A stretch of 30,409 bases of DNA, taken from a virus. Taxonomy: Duplodnaviria; Caudoviricetes. Made by a program: the position numbers and the translations under genes. The DNA lies in the IMG/VR virus record IMGVR_UViG_3300029825_000697, positions 1 through 30,409 of that record; one strand, given 5' to 3'. The notes under the pieces were generated by a model, which worked only from the letters and a program-made list of their open reading frames with translations, was not told where the DNA came from and made no database searches. The first letter of the stretch is position 1. The number at the start of each line of letters is the position of its first letter. Shown in pieces: positions 1 to 7,948 of this stretch.

Positions 1-21
1 TAATTATGCAGGGGTGTAATC

Positions 22-267
22 ATGGATATATTTGTTGAATTCATAGAAAGTTTACCAGTAAATAATCAAGAAGCAGTTGGTCAAATGTTAAATGAATTAT
101 CTGAAGATGATGCAGGATTCATTGAAGATTATTTGATTCATGGTAAAAATGTACCTGATAATATCATTGAAAGAATTGATAAGGTATTTGAAAATGTTGG
201 CTTTCCTCAATTCAATTGGGGTAATTGTCAACAGGAATTTTACAGTGGTAGGTTTGGGTTTGATTAA
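22..267 (+). CDS. Hypothetical acidic protein (81 aa)
   Basis: ORF with a GGGGTG RBS upstream, co-oriented with the island genes. Confidence 0.6.
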   Translation: MDIFVEFIESLPVNNQEAVGQMLNELSEDDAGFIEDYLIHGKNVPDNIIERIDKVFENVGFPQFNWGNCQQEFYSGRFGFD

Positions 268-274
268 GAAGTAT

Positions 275-326
275 TCGGACATATCGGACACCCTAAAAGG
301 GAAGTAAAATGTTAAGAAATGTTAAG
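275..326. repeat. Two tandem direct-repeat pairs upstream of terS
   Basis: TCGGACA at 275-281 and 284-290; AAATGTTAAG at 307-316 and 317-326. Confidence 0.6.
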
Positions 327-359
327 GTTTAATCTTAAAGAAAGGTGGGTGGGAACATT

Positions 360-818
360 ATGAATCACAGACAAAGAAGGTTTGCAGATGAATATCTAAT
401 AGACTTGAATGCTGAACAGGCAGCAATAAGGGCTGGTTATAGTGAAAGATATGCAAGGGGTAATGCACATAAATTGGTTGCAAAGGGTTGCATTAAAGAC
501 TATATAACGGAACAACTTGAAAAAATACACAGTGAAAAGATTGCAGATGTAGTTGAAGTTATGATTTATCTTACTTCAGTGATGAGAGGTGAGCAAACTG
601 AACAGACATTAAGATTAATTGGTGAAGGTTATCAGGAAATTACAGATATTAATATTTCAGCAAAAGAAAGATTAAAAGCTGCTGAATTGATTGGTAAAAG
701 ATATGGAATGTTTACTGATAAATTAAATGTTGAAGGAAGTATTCCAGTAGTAATTGTTGATGACCTTGAAGAAAATGATGAAGATGTTGATGATGTATCA
801 CCAATGGGTTTACACTGA
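360..818 (+). CDS. terS: Terminase small subunit (Terminase_2 type)
   Basis: RQRRFADEYLIDLNAEQAAIRAGYS HTH motif and KERLKAAELIGKRYGMFTDK. ATG at 360 preferred over GTG at 345. Confidence 0.93.
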   Translation: MNHRQRRFADEYLIDLNAEQAAIRAGYSERYARGNAHKLVAKGCIKDYITEQLEKIHSEKIADVVEVMIYLTSVMRGEQTEQTLRLIGEGYQEITDINISAKERLKAAELIGKRYGMFTDKLNVEGSIPVVIVDDLEENDEDVDDVSPMGLH

Positions 819-840
819 AGAATTAAAAGCTTTGATTAAT

Positions 841-873
841 AGTGATTAGTAACACATTAGTAACAAAATCACT
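841..873. repeat. Direct repeat nested in an inverted repeat downstream of terS
   Basis: ATTAGTAACA at 845-854 and 856-865, with AGTGATT (841-847) and AATCACT (867-873). Confidence 0.55.
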
Positions 874-934
874 TGGAAACATTGAGAAATGGCAATTAAA
901 AATATATTAAACAATAAGAAAGGGTGTAAAAACA

Positions 935-1546
935 ATGAAAACAGAGATTAAAAAGAAGATTCAACAGATTATTGATTCCTACAATACAGCTAAAAGGGAT
1001 ATAGCTGAAGAAATTGAAAAATGGGAAAATGACACAATGTATTCTATTGAGTACAAGAAAGAAAAGATAAAAGAACTTGAAGCGGATGCTGCTTCTTATG
1101 ATGCTTTATTCAATAACAAAGTAAAAGAAGTTATTGCTGAAGAAAAGAAAGCAATCATTGGTGAGCCTGAAAGTAAACCAGCTGATTATCAGGTTCAAAT
1201 ATCCAATGCTTTGAAATTCCTTGAATTGGCTGGTGATAAGCTAACTGATAACCAAGCATTAAATATTCTAAAACCTTTTCAGAATGATTATGAAACTATG
1301 ATGTTATTTCAACCAGTAGTTGGAGCATTAACCCAAAATCATGGTATTTGGAGCAAACACAATAAAATCTTTGAAAAAACTAATAGTTTTATGACACTTA
1401 TTAATAGCTTTGAACTTGCTGAAAAGACAATGGACAACTTATTTAATTTCAAAGAAAACAAGAGCCTTGCTGGTAATGTTAGACACAATATGTTTATGGA
1501 CAGTATCAACCATATTGAAAAATTAGTAAATGCTTTTGAAGCCTAA
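935..1546 (+). CDS. Hypothetical alpha-helical/coiled-coil protein (203 aa), in the position normally held by terL
   Basis: Long ORF with RBS; charged heptad-like N-terminus; no Walker motifs. Confidence 0.75.
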   Translation: MKTEIKKKIQQIIDSYNTAKRDIAEEIEKWENDTMYSIEYKKEKIKELEADAASYDALFNNKVKEVIAEEKKAIIGEPESKPADYQVQISNALKFLELAGDKLTDNQALNILKPFQNDYETMMLFQPVVGALTQNHGIWSKHNKIFEKTNSFMTLINSFELAEKTMDNLFNFKENKSLAGNVRHNMFMDSINHIEKLVNAFEA

Positions 1547-1560
1547 AGAAAGGGGTGTGA

Positions 1561-1755
1561 ATGATGAAATATCAAGATGATGCAGTAAATAAAACAGTTA
1601 ATGGCTTTAATGTAGGGGTTAGAATAGGTTCACCTTTGAAGGATGCACTTAATCCAACAGATGATGGCTATGACCATTTAAGGAAAGTAGAACATGTTGG
1701 AACTGTTCTTCAGGATGGGGCTGATAATGCAGTAAACCCAACACCAAAGGAATAA
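1561..1755 (+). CDS. Small hypothetical protein (64 aa) with three short internal repeats
   Basis: AGGGGTG RBS; repeats DDAVNKT, KDALNPT, DNAVNPT. Confidence 0.65.
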   Translation: MMKYQDDAVNKTVNGFNVGVRIGSPLKDALNPTDDGYDHLRKVEHVGTVLQDGADNAVNPTPKE

Positions 1756-1769
1756 TAATGCCAAATTCA

Positions 1770-1815
1770 ACAGTTGCCTTGATGGTGTACCACCTTTCAT
1801 TATCAGGGCAATTGT
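1770..1815 (+). other. 18-bp RNA-type stem-loop upstream of the sigma gene
   Basis: ACAGTTGCCTTGATGGTG (1770-1787) pairs with CATTATCAGGGCAATTGT (1798-1815) using G-U pairs; no U-tail. Confidence 0.55.
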
Positions 1816-1837
1816 CTATATTAGGGGGTGATGTGAT

Positions 1838-2635
1838 TTGACCAATGAAGAACTTGTAATTGAATATCAAAATGGTTATAAGGATGCAATGGATGAATTG
1901 ATTGAAAACAATATAGGTTTGGTCAAGTACTTCACCAATAAATATGGTGGATTTGCCAATATTACTTTGGATATTGAGGACTTGGAACAAGAAGCTTGGA
2001 TTGGTTTCATGAATGCAGTAGAAAAATATAAGTTCAATGAGGATGAACCAGTTCTATTTTCATCTTATGCATCTAAGGCTATAATGTACGGAATATTCAG
2101 GGCATTTGATGAAAACTCACAAAGAATGAAAAAAAGTGATAGGACAACCAAGGTATCTGTAATTAGTTTTTCAACACCCATATCAAGTGCTGATGATAGT
2201 GAAACAATGGAATACATACTTCCTGATAAAAAGGCAGAAGAGCCATTCAGAAAGATTGAACAAAAGCTTGATAATGAGATATTAAGAGAAGATATATTTG
2301 AACTGTTAGATGAAGTACTTGGAAATGACATTGATAAAAAGATTCTTATTGAGCGGTATGGTTTATATGATGAACCTATGACCCTTGATGAGATTGGAGA
2401 AAAACATTGTTTAAGTACTGAATGGGTTCGTAAATTAGAAATTGCTGCATTGCGTAAGATAAGACATAGTCCTATTGGAAAGGTATTCATGAACAAATAC
2501 TATGGTGATTATATCGGAATATTGGAAGAAAAGAAAGAATCAATCAATAAATATTATTCACCTGATATGGTGGTTTCTCAAATGGCTGGTGTTGATAACT
2601 TAATTAACAATATTCTAAAGAAATATGAAGCTTAA
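1838..2635 (+). CDS. Sigma-70 family RNA polymerase sigma factor (sporulation-sigma-like architecture)
   Basis: Region 2 DLEQEAWIGFMNAVEKY...FSSYA; region 4 HTH MTLDEIGEKHCLSTEWVRKLEIAALRKIR; TTG start with GGGGGTG RBS. Confidence 0.92.
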   Translation: MTNEELVIEYQNGYKDAMDELIENNIGLVKYFTNKYGGFANITLDIEDLEQEAWIGFMNAVEKYKFNEDEPVLFSSYASKAIMYGIFRAFDENSQRMKKSDRTTKVSVISFSTPISSADDSETMEYILPDKKAEEPFRKIEQKLDNEILREDIFELLDEVLGNDIDKKILIERYGLYDEPMTLDEIGEKHCLSTEWVRKLEIAALRKIRHSPIGKVFMNKYYGDYIGILEEKKESINKYYSPDMVVSQMAGVDNLINNILKKYEA

Positions 2636-2649
2636 TCAGGGGGGATAAT

Positions 2650-2880
2650 TTGAATAAATTAGAACATAAAAAGAATATAATCCAAAAACTAATAATCCTA
2701 TATTCAGAGGATTTGAAATCCTTCTTAATCTTAACACAAAATGCCCAAGGTATTCTTCCAAAGAGTACAATTCAAAAGATGGTTGAGTATTGCAATGAAA
2801 GAAAAAATATAATTATTGGGTTAAACAATAGATTAATAGAACTAATTCAAAGGGGTGAACAAATTGAATCAAAACATTGA
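2650..2880 (+). CDS. Hypothetical protein (76 aa)
   Basis: AGGGGGG RBS plus TTG start; tight operon packing. Confidence 0.6.
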   Translation: MNKLEHKKNIIQKLIILYSEDLKSFLILTQNAQGILPKSTIQKMVEYCNERKNIIIGLNNRLIELIQRGEQIESKH

Positions 2881-3214
2881 AGTTATTAATAAAGATTTAT
2901 GGGCGGTAAAGTTTAGCTTCCTTCCCTTCATATCAGAAATTGATTATAAACCTGATTCAGATATACCAGCATATCAAGAATTTGGAAGGGCAACCAATGA
3001 TGGAATATTGATATTAAACAAGGATTATCCAGGCTTTAGAATTCTAAAAGAACACATTCCAAAGGTTATGAAAAAGAAGGACAAGCAATTAAAGAAGGAA
3101 ATTAAGGCTTCACAGGCTTTAAAAAACAAAACAGATTGGCAAAATGTATATCATGCAATGCTTCAGATTGAAGCAGAAAGAAGAAAAAAGAAAGGGGTGA
3201 AATATTGGAATTGA
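2864..3214 (+). CDS. Hypothetical protein in tail-assembly-chaperone position
   Basis: AGGGGTG RBS then TTG at 2864 (ORF track start 2855); two genes upstream of the tape measure gene. Confidence 0.65.
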   Translation: MNQNIEVINKDLWAVKFSFLPFISEIDYKPDSDIPAYQEFGRATNDGILILNKDYPGFRILKEHIPKVMKKKDKQLKKEIKASQALKNKTDWQNVYHAMLQIEAERRKKKGVKYWN

Positions 3215-3426
3215 AACATAATGTAAAATATTTCTTTATTCAAAATGATGGAAGTGATATTCTTATCACCCAAGAATTAACCCAAAAAGATTTAGCAAAA
3301 CTTTTACTTTCACAGAATGTAATTTTGGATTCTGTAGGTATTAGTGCAGCAAAACCATATAGAAGAAGAAAAAAAGAAAGAGGTGAAATAAATGGCAACA
3401 ATAAGAACTGCAATTCAAGTTCATGA
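3205..3426 (+). CDS. Hypothetical protein (73 aa) immediately before the tape measure gene
   Basis: RBS plus TTG; overlaps both neighbours; lies in the -1 frame relative to the upstream ORF. Confidence 0.55.
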   Translation: MELKHNVKYFFIQNDGSDILITQELTQKDLAKLLLSQNVILDSVGISAAKPYRRRKKERGEINGNNKNCNSSS

Positions 3427-5398
3427 TGGAATGACACCTGGGTTGAAAGCAATGACCAATGCATTGAATATGACAGTATCAAGCTTTGAAGCACTTCAAA
3501 CCGCTTCAGGTAATGCAATTGATTCAAGTAGTGTTCAAGCAGCAAGGGCAGAATTAAACAAGGCTGAAATGGCTTTTGATGAAATAGAACAAGAGATTAA
3601 ACAAGCCAATGAAGCACAACAACAGTTCAATAATAGTGTTCAGAATGGTCAAGGTGCAGCTGGTGGATTATTAAGTAAAATAAAAAATATAGCGGTAACA
3701 ATGGGAGCTGCTTTCAGTGTAAAAAAGGTTATTGGTTTATCAGATGAAATGACCCAAACAACAGCAAGGCTTGATATGATGAATGATGGACTTCAAACCA
3801 CAGGACAACTTCAGGATATGATATTTCAATCAGCACAAAGGTCAAGGGGTGCATATCAATCAACAGCTGATGCAGTTGCTAAAATGGGGATATTAGCAAA
3901 GGATGCTTTTAGTTCCAATAATGAAGCAATAGCTTTTGTTGAACAGTTAAATAAACAGTTCACTATATCAGGAACAAGTGCAATGGGGATTGATGCAGCA
4001 ATGTTACAATTAACACAGGCAATGGGGCAAGGTGTGTTAAGGGGTGAAGAATTAAACAGTGTATTTGAACAAGCACCAACCATAATACAATCAATAGCTG
4101 ATTACTTGGATATTCCAATTGGTCAAGTAAGGAACATTGCACAGGAAGGAAAAATTACAGCGGATGTTGTTAAAAATGCAATGTTTGCTGCTGCTGATGA
4201 AACCAATGCAAAATTTGAACAGATGCCAATGACATTTTCACAAGTTGGAACAATACTTGGTAATACCCTACTTCAAACCTTTGAACCAGTTATTCAGGGG
4301 ATAGGTAGAGGGGCACAGTTAATATATGACAATTGGTCAACTCTTGAACCTATATTTTGGGGGCTTGTTACAGCAGTTGGTGCTTATGCTGCAATCACAG
4401 CAGTATCAAATGCAGTTACATGGCTTGGTGTTGCTGCAAATAGGGAATTGATTACAACATTACTTTCTAATCCAGCTTTATGGATTGCCCTTACAATTGG
4501 TGTTTTGATTGGAATGATATATAAATGGGTTCAATCAGTTGGTGGGCTTGAAATAGCTTGGAAGATTGCAATGAATGGAATTATGACAGCTTGGGATTGG
4601 GTTCAAATAGGATTCTTTACAGGTGTTTATTGGGTACTTGATTTATGGAATAAGCTTCAACTTGGAGCAATGACAGCAAGTGTTGGAATTCAAAACTTTA
4701 TGGGTGATATGAAAGCTGGGGTTCTTAATATCCTTCAGAATATGGTCAATGGTGCAATAGGTATCATCAATGATTTTATAAACATCTTGAATAAGATACC
4801 TGGGGTTTCAATTGAAGCAGTTCAAGAGGTTACCTTTGGAACAACAGCACAGCTTGAAAATGATGCTGCTAAAATAGCAAGGCAGAATGAATTGAAAGAT
4901 TATAGAACCCAAATTGAAGCTGGTATGGCTGAAAGGGATGCTTCACTTGAACAAATGAAAGTTGATGCAAGAAGTGCAACTTCACAAAGACAGAATGAAA
5001 TAAGTGCAACTTCACAAAGACAGAATGAAATAAGTGCAACTTCACAAAGACAGAATGAAATAAGTGCAATGCAAGCAGCACAAGCAGCTAAAGCAGCACA
5101 GGATAATGACTTTTCATCCATCTTTGATAATGCTGATTCAATGGGGCATATAGCAGATACTGCTGGTAATACTGCAAGAATGGCAGATACAATGGATGCT
5201 TCGGAAGAAGATTTGAAATATCTTCGTGATTTGGCAGAACAAGAAGCTATAAACAGATATACAACCGCTGATATTAATGTTGATATGAGTGGTATGCAAA
5301 ACATTGTAAATAATGATATGGATTTAGATGGTGTAGTTGATTATCTTGGTGAAGGTGTTTATGAAGCAATGGAAATAGCAGCGGAAGGTGGTGTATAA
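3392..5398 (+). CDS. Phage tail tape measure protein (clostridial myovirus type, 668 aa)
   Basis: Tape-measure domain (QLTQAMGQGVLRGEELNSVFEQAP...MPMTFSQ), hydrophobic Trp-periodic middle region and C-terminal LKYLRDLAEQEAINRYT. From memory this resembles C. difficile phiC2/phiCD119-like TMPs. Confidence 0.92.
   Translation: MATIRTAIQVHDGMTPGLKAMTNALNMTVSSFEALQTASGNAIDSSSVQAARAELNKAEMAFDEIEQEIKQANEAQQQFNNSVQNGQGAAGGLLSKIKNIAVTMGAAFSVKKVIGLSDEMTQTTARLDMMNDGLQTTGQLQDMIFQSAQRSRGAYQSTADAVAKMGILAKDAFSSNNEAIAFVEQLNKQFTISGTSAMGIDAAMLQLTQAMGQGVLRGEELNSVFEQAPTIIQSIADYLDIPIGQVRNIAQEGKITADVVKNAMFAAADETNAKFEQMPMTFSQVGTILGNTLLQTFEPVIQGIGRGAQLIYDNWSTLEPIFWGLVTAVGAYAAITAVSNAVTWLGVAANRELITTLLSNPALWIALTIGVLIGMIYKWVQSVGGLEIAWKIAMNGIMTAWDWVQIGFFTGVYWVLDLWNKLQLGAMTASVGIQNFMGDMKAGVLNILQNMVNGAIGIINDFINILNKIPGVSIEAVQEVTFGTTAQLENDAAKIARQNELKDYRTQIEAGMAERDASLEQMKVDARSATSQRQNEISATSQRQNEISATSQRQNEISAMQAAQAAKAAQDNDFSSIFDNADSMGHIADTAGNTARMADTMDASEEDLKYLRDLAEQEAINRYTTADINVDMSGMQNIVNNDMDLDGVVDYLGEGVYEAMEIAAEGGV
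4972..5069 (+). repeat. Perfect 30-bp tandem repeat, about 3.3 copies, in frame within the TMP (SATSQRQNEI x3)
   Basis: AAGTGCAACTTCACAAAGACAGAATGAAAT at 4972, 5002 and 5032, plus 8 bp. Confidence 0.97.
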
Positions 5399-5401
5399 AA
5401 T

Positions 5402-5764
5402 ATGTTAAACAATCATAGAAAAGCACTTGAAATGCTATGGAAAGGAATTTGCACAGTGCAAGTAATGCAAGAAGTTTTCAATGAAGTAACAAAAAGAACT
5501 GAATTCAAAGAAGTTACACTTTATGAAAATAAACCTTGTAAGTTATCCTTTGAAAGTATCACCAGTGCAAATGAAGTTGATAATGTAGCTTCAATATCCC
5601 AAGGAACTAAATTATTCATTGGCAATGAGTATTTAATCCCTGCTGGTTCAAAGATAACTGTTACCCAAAATGGTAAAACAACTGTTTATTCCAATAGTGG
5701 TGAACCTGCTATTTATAGTAATCATCAGGAAATTCCTTTACTGTTATTTGAAAGTTATGCATAA
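5402..5764 (+). CDS. Phage head-closure / head-tail adaptor protein
   Basis: RKALEMLW..CTV...PCKLSF...KLFI...IPAGSKITVT...SGEPAIY.NHQEI pattern typical of clostridial myovirus neck proteins (recognised by eye). Confidence 0.72.
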   Translation: MLNNHRKALEMLWKGICTVQVMQEVFNEVTKRTEFKEVTLYENKPCKLSFESITSANEVDNVASISQGTKLFIGNEYLIPAGSKITVTQNGKTTVYSNSGEPAIYSNHQEIPLLLFESYA

Positions 5765-5786
5765 TACAAATTAGAGTTCAATAATG

Positions 5787-5826
5787 AAGAAGCATCCCTT
5801 ATTGGTAGATGCTTCTTTTCTTTCTT
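5787..5826 (+). terminator. Rho-independent terminator closing the terS-TMP operon
   Basis: AAGAAGCATC (5787-5796) / GATGCTTCTT (5808-5817) followed by a T-rich tract. Confidence 0.75.
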
Positions 5827-6064
5827 GCCTATAGCTTGTCAAATTTCCCCTGTTTTAAGCAAACAAATCATTGGGCAATAGGATTACACCCCTGAAGCAA
5901 TAAAACCCCTTACAGGGCAAAATAGGGGCAAGGTGGAAGGAAGTAAATCCATAACAGGAAGTGGTTCATCACCTTCAACAGTATCCTTGAAAAAATGACC
6001 CTCTAAAATGCCCTACAATCAATTTTAATTATGATTAGGGGTAAATGTACCAGTAGGTAATAAC

Positions 6065-6102
6065 AAAAGCACCTGATGCCCAATTTCTTGGTCAGGTGCT
6101 TT
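6065..6102 (-). terminator. Rho-independent terminator for the minus-strand repressor operon
   Basis: AAAGCACCTGA (6066-6076) / TCAGGTGCTTT (6092-6102). Confidence 0.7.
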
Positions 6103-6114
6103 AATGATCCTTTG

Positions 6115-6327
6115 CTAATCATTCAATAGTTCTTCCCATGTCTTATTTTGCTTAATACACTCTTTATATAGGGCAGTGATGGTTTCAAACCTACCAACTA
6201 AACTTAACCCATCAAAAGAATATCCAAAAGGTTCACCACCCACTTTTTCATTATATTCAAGGTAAGCTTTCCCTTCTTCATCAAGCTGGTACATTTCTAT
6301 TTCTTCAGGTAACAGTTTAATTTTCAT
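6115..6327 (-). CDS. Small hypothetical protein (70 aa)
   Basis: RBS AAGGGGT; third gene of the repressor transcript. Confidence 0.65.
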   Translation of the reverse strand: MKIKLLPEEIEMYQLDEEGKAYLEYNEKVGGEPFGYSFDGLSLVGRFETITALYKECIKQNKTWEELLND

Positions 6328-6378
6328 TTTGTGTTACCCCTTCCTTAATCTTATTTTTTGAACTTGTTCAAAATTAGT

Positions 6379-6573
6379 TCATTTAATATTGAACTCTTGA
6401 AAATTAATTTTCAAAGGTAATTTAATTAAATCAATATACAGTGGAATATTAATTCCTTTTTCTTTTGCTTCATCATGTAATTTTATAATATTGGTAATGG
6501 CAGTATCAGAATAACCAAGTTGTTTTGCTTTGGCAATGAATTCATCTTTGGTCATTTCATTAGATTCATTCAT
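6379..6573 (-). CDS. Small hypothetical protein (64 aa)
   Basis: GGGGTG RBS directly after the repressor stop codon. Confidence 0.6.
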   Translation of the reverse strand: MNESNEMTKDEFIAKAKQLGYSDTAITNIIKLHDEAKEKGINIPLYIDLIKLPLKINFQEFNIK

Positions 6574-6587
6574 GTTATTTCACCCCA

Positions 6588-6803
6588 TCATTCTTCAGGT
6601 GAATCAGGAACATATTCCATTATATCCCCTGGTTGACAATCTAAAGCCTTACATATCTTATCAATCATATCAGTTTGTACCACCTTATCCTGCCTTAATT
6701 TCGCCATTGTTGGTGCTGAAATATTAGCAGCCTTTCTTAAATCTACATCTTTTAAATCTCTATCAACTAACAGATGAAAAAGTTTCTTAAATGATATTGC
6801 CAT
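6588..6803 (-). CDS. Cro/C1-type (XRE, HTH_26-like) transcriptional regulator
   Basis: ISFKKLFHLL..RDLK..DLRKAANISAPTMAKL...IDKICKALDCQPGDIMEY. Confidence 0.9.
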   Translation of the reverse strand: MAISFKKLFHLLVDRDLKDVDLRKAANISAPTMAKLRQDKVVQTDMIDKICKALDCQPGDIMEYVPDSPEE

Positions 6804-6826
6804 TTTATCACCTACCTTTCATTAAT

Positions 6827-6937
6827 ATAATATATGCAAAAACTAAAAAAATCAAGTATTCACTTAAAATAATTATTGACAACTTAATTTTTAAGTGTTA
6901 ATATAAGTGTAAGCTAAATATTTAAGCGTTCACTTAA
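6827..6937. promoter_or_regulatory. Divergent sigma-A promoters with an operator palindrome
   Basis: Plus strand: TTGACA (6876-6881), 17 bp, TAATAT (6899-6904) with extended TG. Minus strand: TTGATT (6855-6850), 17 bp, TATTAT (6832-6827). Palindrome ACTTAA-TTT-TTAAGT at 6882-6896; CACTTAA half-sites at 6861 and 6931. Confidence 0.8.
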
Positions 6938-6959
6938 CAAGATTGAAAGGGGTGATAAC

Positions 6960-7445
6960 TTGAGTAAAAAGAAAAGGTATAGTGTTTATAAGCTTACATC
7001 CCCAAAGGGCAAGATATATATTGGAATTACAAGCATATTACCTGAAGCACGTTGGAAAGATGGTAAAGGATATGATTACAACATTTATTTATCATCAGAT
7101 ATTAAAATGTATGGATGGGATAACTTCAAACATGAAATATTATTTTGTGGATTAAGTGAAGCTGAAGCCAAACAAAAAGAGATTGAACTTATTGACAAGT
7201 ATAATTCCACAAATTTTTTACAGGGGTATAACATTGAGCATGGTGGGGATTTAAGAAAGGGAAGGTCATATAAAGCAGTAAAATGCCTTACAACCAATAT
7301 ATGCTTCAGTTCCATTAAAGAAGCGGGTGAATTTTATAACATAAGAAAAAAGTATATTACCAATTGCTTAACTGGTAGAGCAAGCTTTGCTGGTGAATTT
7401 AATGGTAAAAAATTGACTTGGGCTTATGTAAAGGAAAGGATGTGA
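6960..7445 (+). CDS. GIY-YIG endonuclease with C-terminal NUMOD1-like DNA-binding domain (homing-endonuclease-like)
   Basis: SVYKLTSPKGKIYIGIT...RWK; E in AKQKEIELI; GYN motif; C-terminal FSSIKEAGEFYNI...ITNCL. Confidence 0.85.
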   Translation: MSKKKRYSVYKLTSPKGKIYIGITSILPEARWKDGKGYDYNIYLSSDIKMYGWDNFKHEILFCGLSEAEAKQKEIELIDKYNSTNFLQGYNIEHGGDLRKGRSYKAVKCLTTNICFSSIKEAGEFYNIRKKYITNCLTGRASFAGEFNGKKLTWAYVKERM

Positions 7446-7678
7446 TTATCATAGACCATGCAATAAATTCACTACAACCATTTTATGAAGTAACCTTGGA
7501 TTGGTTTGTTGAAGAACATAGGACAGGTAAGTATAAGAAGTATTCAGAGAACCCTTATTTTGACGAATTAAAGGCTTTAATTAATGCAATGAACATATTA
7601 AGGCAGTATATGGGTTGGGATAAAATAAGGCTAAAAGATGAGGTTGAATTCTATTTACAAGATGAAAGGGGAATATAA
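7442..7678 (+). CDS. Hypothetical protein
   Basis: GTG start overlapping the GIY-YIG stop (ORF track start 7418). Confidence 0.6.
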   Translation: MIIIDHAINSLQPFYEVTLDWFVEEHRTGKYKKYSENPYFDELKALINAMNILRQYMGWDKIRLKDEVEFYLQDERGI

Positions 7679-7679
7679 A

Positions 7680-7886
7680 ATGTTTAATTATGAAAATTTG
7701 GAAAAGAGAATCAATAATATGTTTGGTGGTGTAGCTGCATTTGGAAAGCAAATAGGATTGGATGAACAAGAAGTAAAATCCAAGTTGGAAAACATATCAG
7801 AATTTACAATGGCAGAAATTGAAAAAACTGCTGAAATATTAAATATCTTTCCTGAAGAAATACCTGCATACTTCTTTGAAGTTTAA
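7680..7886 (+). CDS. DUF739-like Cro-type HTH protein
   Basis: MFNYENLEKRINNMFG..AAFGKQIGL....SKLEN..EFT..EIEK.AEILNI..EEIPAYFF; ATG at 7680 with AAGGGG RBS. Confidence 0.82.
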   Translation: MFNYENLEKRINNMFGGVAAFGKQIGLDEQEVKSKLENISEFTMAEIEKTAEILNIFPEEIPAYFFEV

Positions 7887-7913
7887 TATTGAAAATTAAC
7901 TTTCAAGAATAAG

Positions 7914-7948
7914 AAAAAAGCACTTACAAAAGTAGGTGCTTTTTTTTT
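7914..7948 (+). terminator. Rho-independent terminator
   Basis: GCACTTAC-AAAA-GTAGGTGC followed by T9. Confidence 0.85.

Noticed and set aside
4972-5069. CRISPR array
   Set aside because: The 30-bp repeats are contiguous with no spacers, lie in frame inside a CDS, and no cas genes are present.
5827-6060. Gene or ncRNA between the convergent terminators
   Set aside because: Only short broken frames and weak hairpins; I could not support a call.
6356-6373. LexA (Cheo) box in TTTTGAAC-TT-GTTCAAAA
   Set aside because: The spacer is 2 bp, not the 4 bp of GAAC-N4-GTTC. It is a palindrome of unknown meaning.
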